From positions 806,001 to 870,000 of the forward strand of contig NC_090601.1 of NCBI RefSeq assembly GCF_000497125.1: a stretch of 64,000 bases of DNA, written 5' to 3'. The translations under genes were made by a program, and so were the position numbers. The DNA comes from Spironucleus salmonicida. Taxonomy: Eukaryota. The notes under the pieces were generated by a model. That model was not told where the DNA came from, searched no databases, and was given only the letters and a program-made list of their open reading frames with translations. This document shows positions 62,888 through 64,000 of this stretch, in pieces (positions within the stretch are counted from its first letter, which is position 1; each line of letters opens with the position of its first letter).

Positions 62888-64000
62888 TCATATTAAAACA
62901 ATACTAAATATAATTTTATGATTCTTGGATTAATCAAAATTAATTAAGATCAAGTATACCAGTTATTTCTTCTGGTCCTCGACCTCCTGGACGACGACCT
63001 TGCTGAGTGCTGCGACGCGGGTGTTGCGCCCCTTCAGGGACTGGTCCAGGAACAGCGTCTTCTGGATCTCCAGTTCGGAGTTGTCGGCCTTCTGTGCCAT
63101 CCTCTCGTCCTTCTCCCGCTGCTTCAGGCCCTCCTTCTTGAGATTATAGTCGTCGATGAAGGTGTTCTTGCTGATTCGCTGGTCGTCCAGGTCCTGGTAG
63201 ATGGCACTTGGGTCGATCCAGGCATCGTTTCGCGTCCTCCTTACCACATTCACCGCGCGAGTGCTCTGATTAAAGTTGCCTACGTCGTTGCCCTCCTTAC
63301 CCTCCAGGCGCTGGTTCTTCTTCTTCACAAAGTCGGAGCGCCCCAGGTCGGCCCTGAGGTACGCGGAGTCGACAATAAAGTTGCGGAAGTCCGCAGGGGC
63401 AGGGGCGCAGGAGATCTGGAGATAGCGTACCAGCAGGGGGGATACCGAGGCCACGTGTATTTTCTGATTAGTGATACGAAGTGGGTGGGACTTCAGCGTT
63501 TCAATAGCATCGGTCTGCGGCTTCTCCTGGCTCTGCACCGACTTGATCTAGGGGAGCGGCTTGTAAATTTTCTGTGAGTGTGTAGTTTTGACGGACGATA
63601 TCGCGCTATTAATGATGGTCTCGTAGTTCTCGTCATGGATGTTGATAATGATGTCGTTGTTAGTGGCCACCTCGTTCTGAATGACCTGCTGGATGTGGGT
63701 ATCCTGCGGTCCGAACTTGTGGTACTTTGGGGGCAGACGTATGATGAAGGTATTATCGATGGTCATGGAGTTGGTCTTCTGGTCGATCTTGGGAGTATCC
63801 AGCTACGTCAACCTGAGCGAGTTATCTTGCGCGTCGGGAGGCGGCTGTTACTTGTACGCCTCGATATCGGACTGCACCATATCCTCATACTTGTAGGACT
63901 TCTTCGTCTTCTTGACTTCCTTCTTCTCCTCGAACTGTATCTGGGTATATTTCACCGACGGCTCTTGGACGTCGTCCAGATCGTATATCTTCGCGTTCTG
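62888..64000 (-). CDS. 3' part of a large hypothetical protein (5' end outside window)
   Basis: Open from the window edge, joining 63548-63766 and 62963-63538, strong C/G third-position bias; first in-frame TGA at 62888-62890. Confidence 0.85.

Noticed and set aside
1-64000. CRISPR arrays, rRNA, tRNA, transposase or reverse-transcriptase genes
   Set aside because: None recognised by eye; the repeats are gene-family duplications

Overview
Eukaryotic, AT-rich, essentially intron-less DNA that uses the non-standard nuclear code 6 (TAA/TAG = Gln, TGA = only stop). The supplied standard-code ORF track therefore fragments or misses nearly every gene. The code, the VSP-like cysteine-rich membrane proteins with [KR][KR]x[KR][KR]-type tails, the AG-TGA gene ends and the C-rich leaders point to a hexamitine diplomonad, most likely Spironucleus (S. 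salmonicida-like; inference). Re-reading by hand gives: many cysteine-rich membrane protein (CRMP) genes, pseudogenes and fragments, mostly in an 8,651-bp tandem duplication (~22,970-41,164) whose junctions fall inside CRMP genes; IFT70/TTC30; two inverted, near-identical full-length ABCA transporters that differ sharply in one ~240-bp island; three Cys-containing type-I membrane protein genes; a multipass membrane protein; a frameshifted BPI/LBP-like gene; and a divergent histone H3. The most novel-looking observations are (1) a family of four 69-95 aa ORFs with N-terminal myristoylation signatures and a shared C-terminal motif, two of which show strong purifying selection, (2) recurrent ~1-kb intergenic elements with a C-to-G strand-skew flip around a core of phased CTGC motifs, and (3) signs of mosaic and microhomology-driven surface-gene shuffling. 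All translations and alignments were done by eye; no searches were run.
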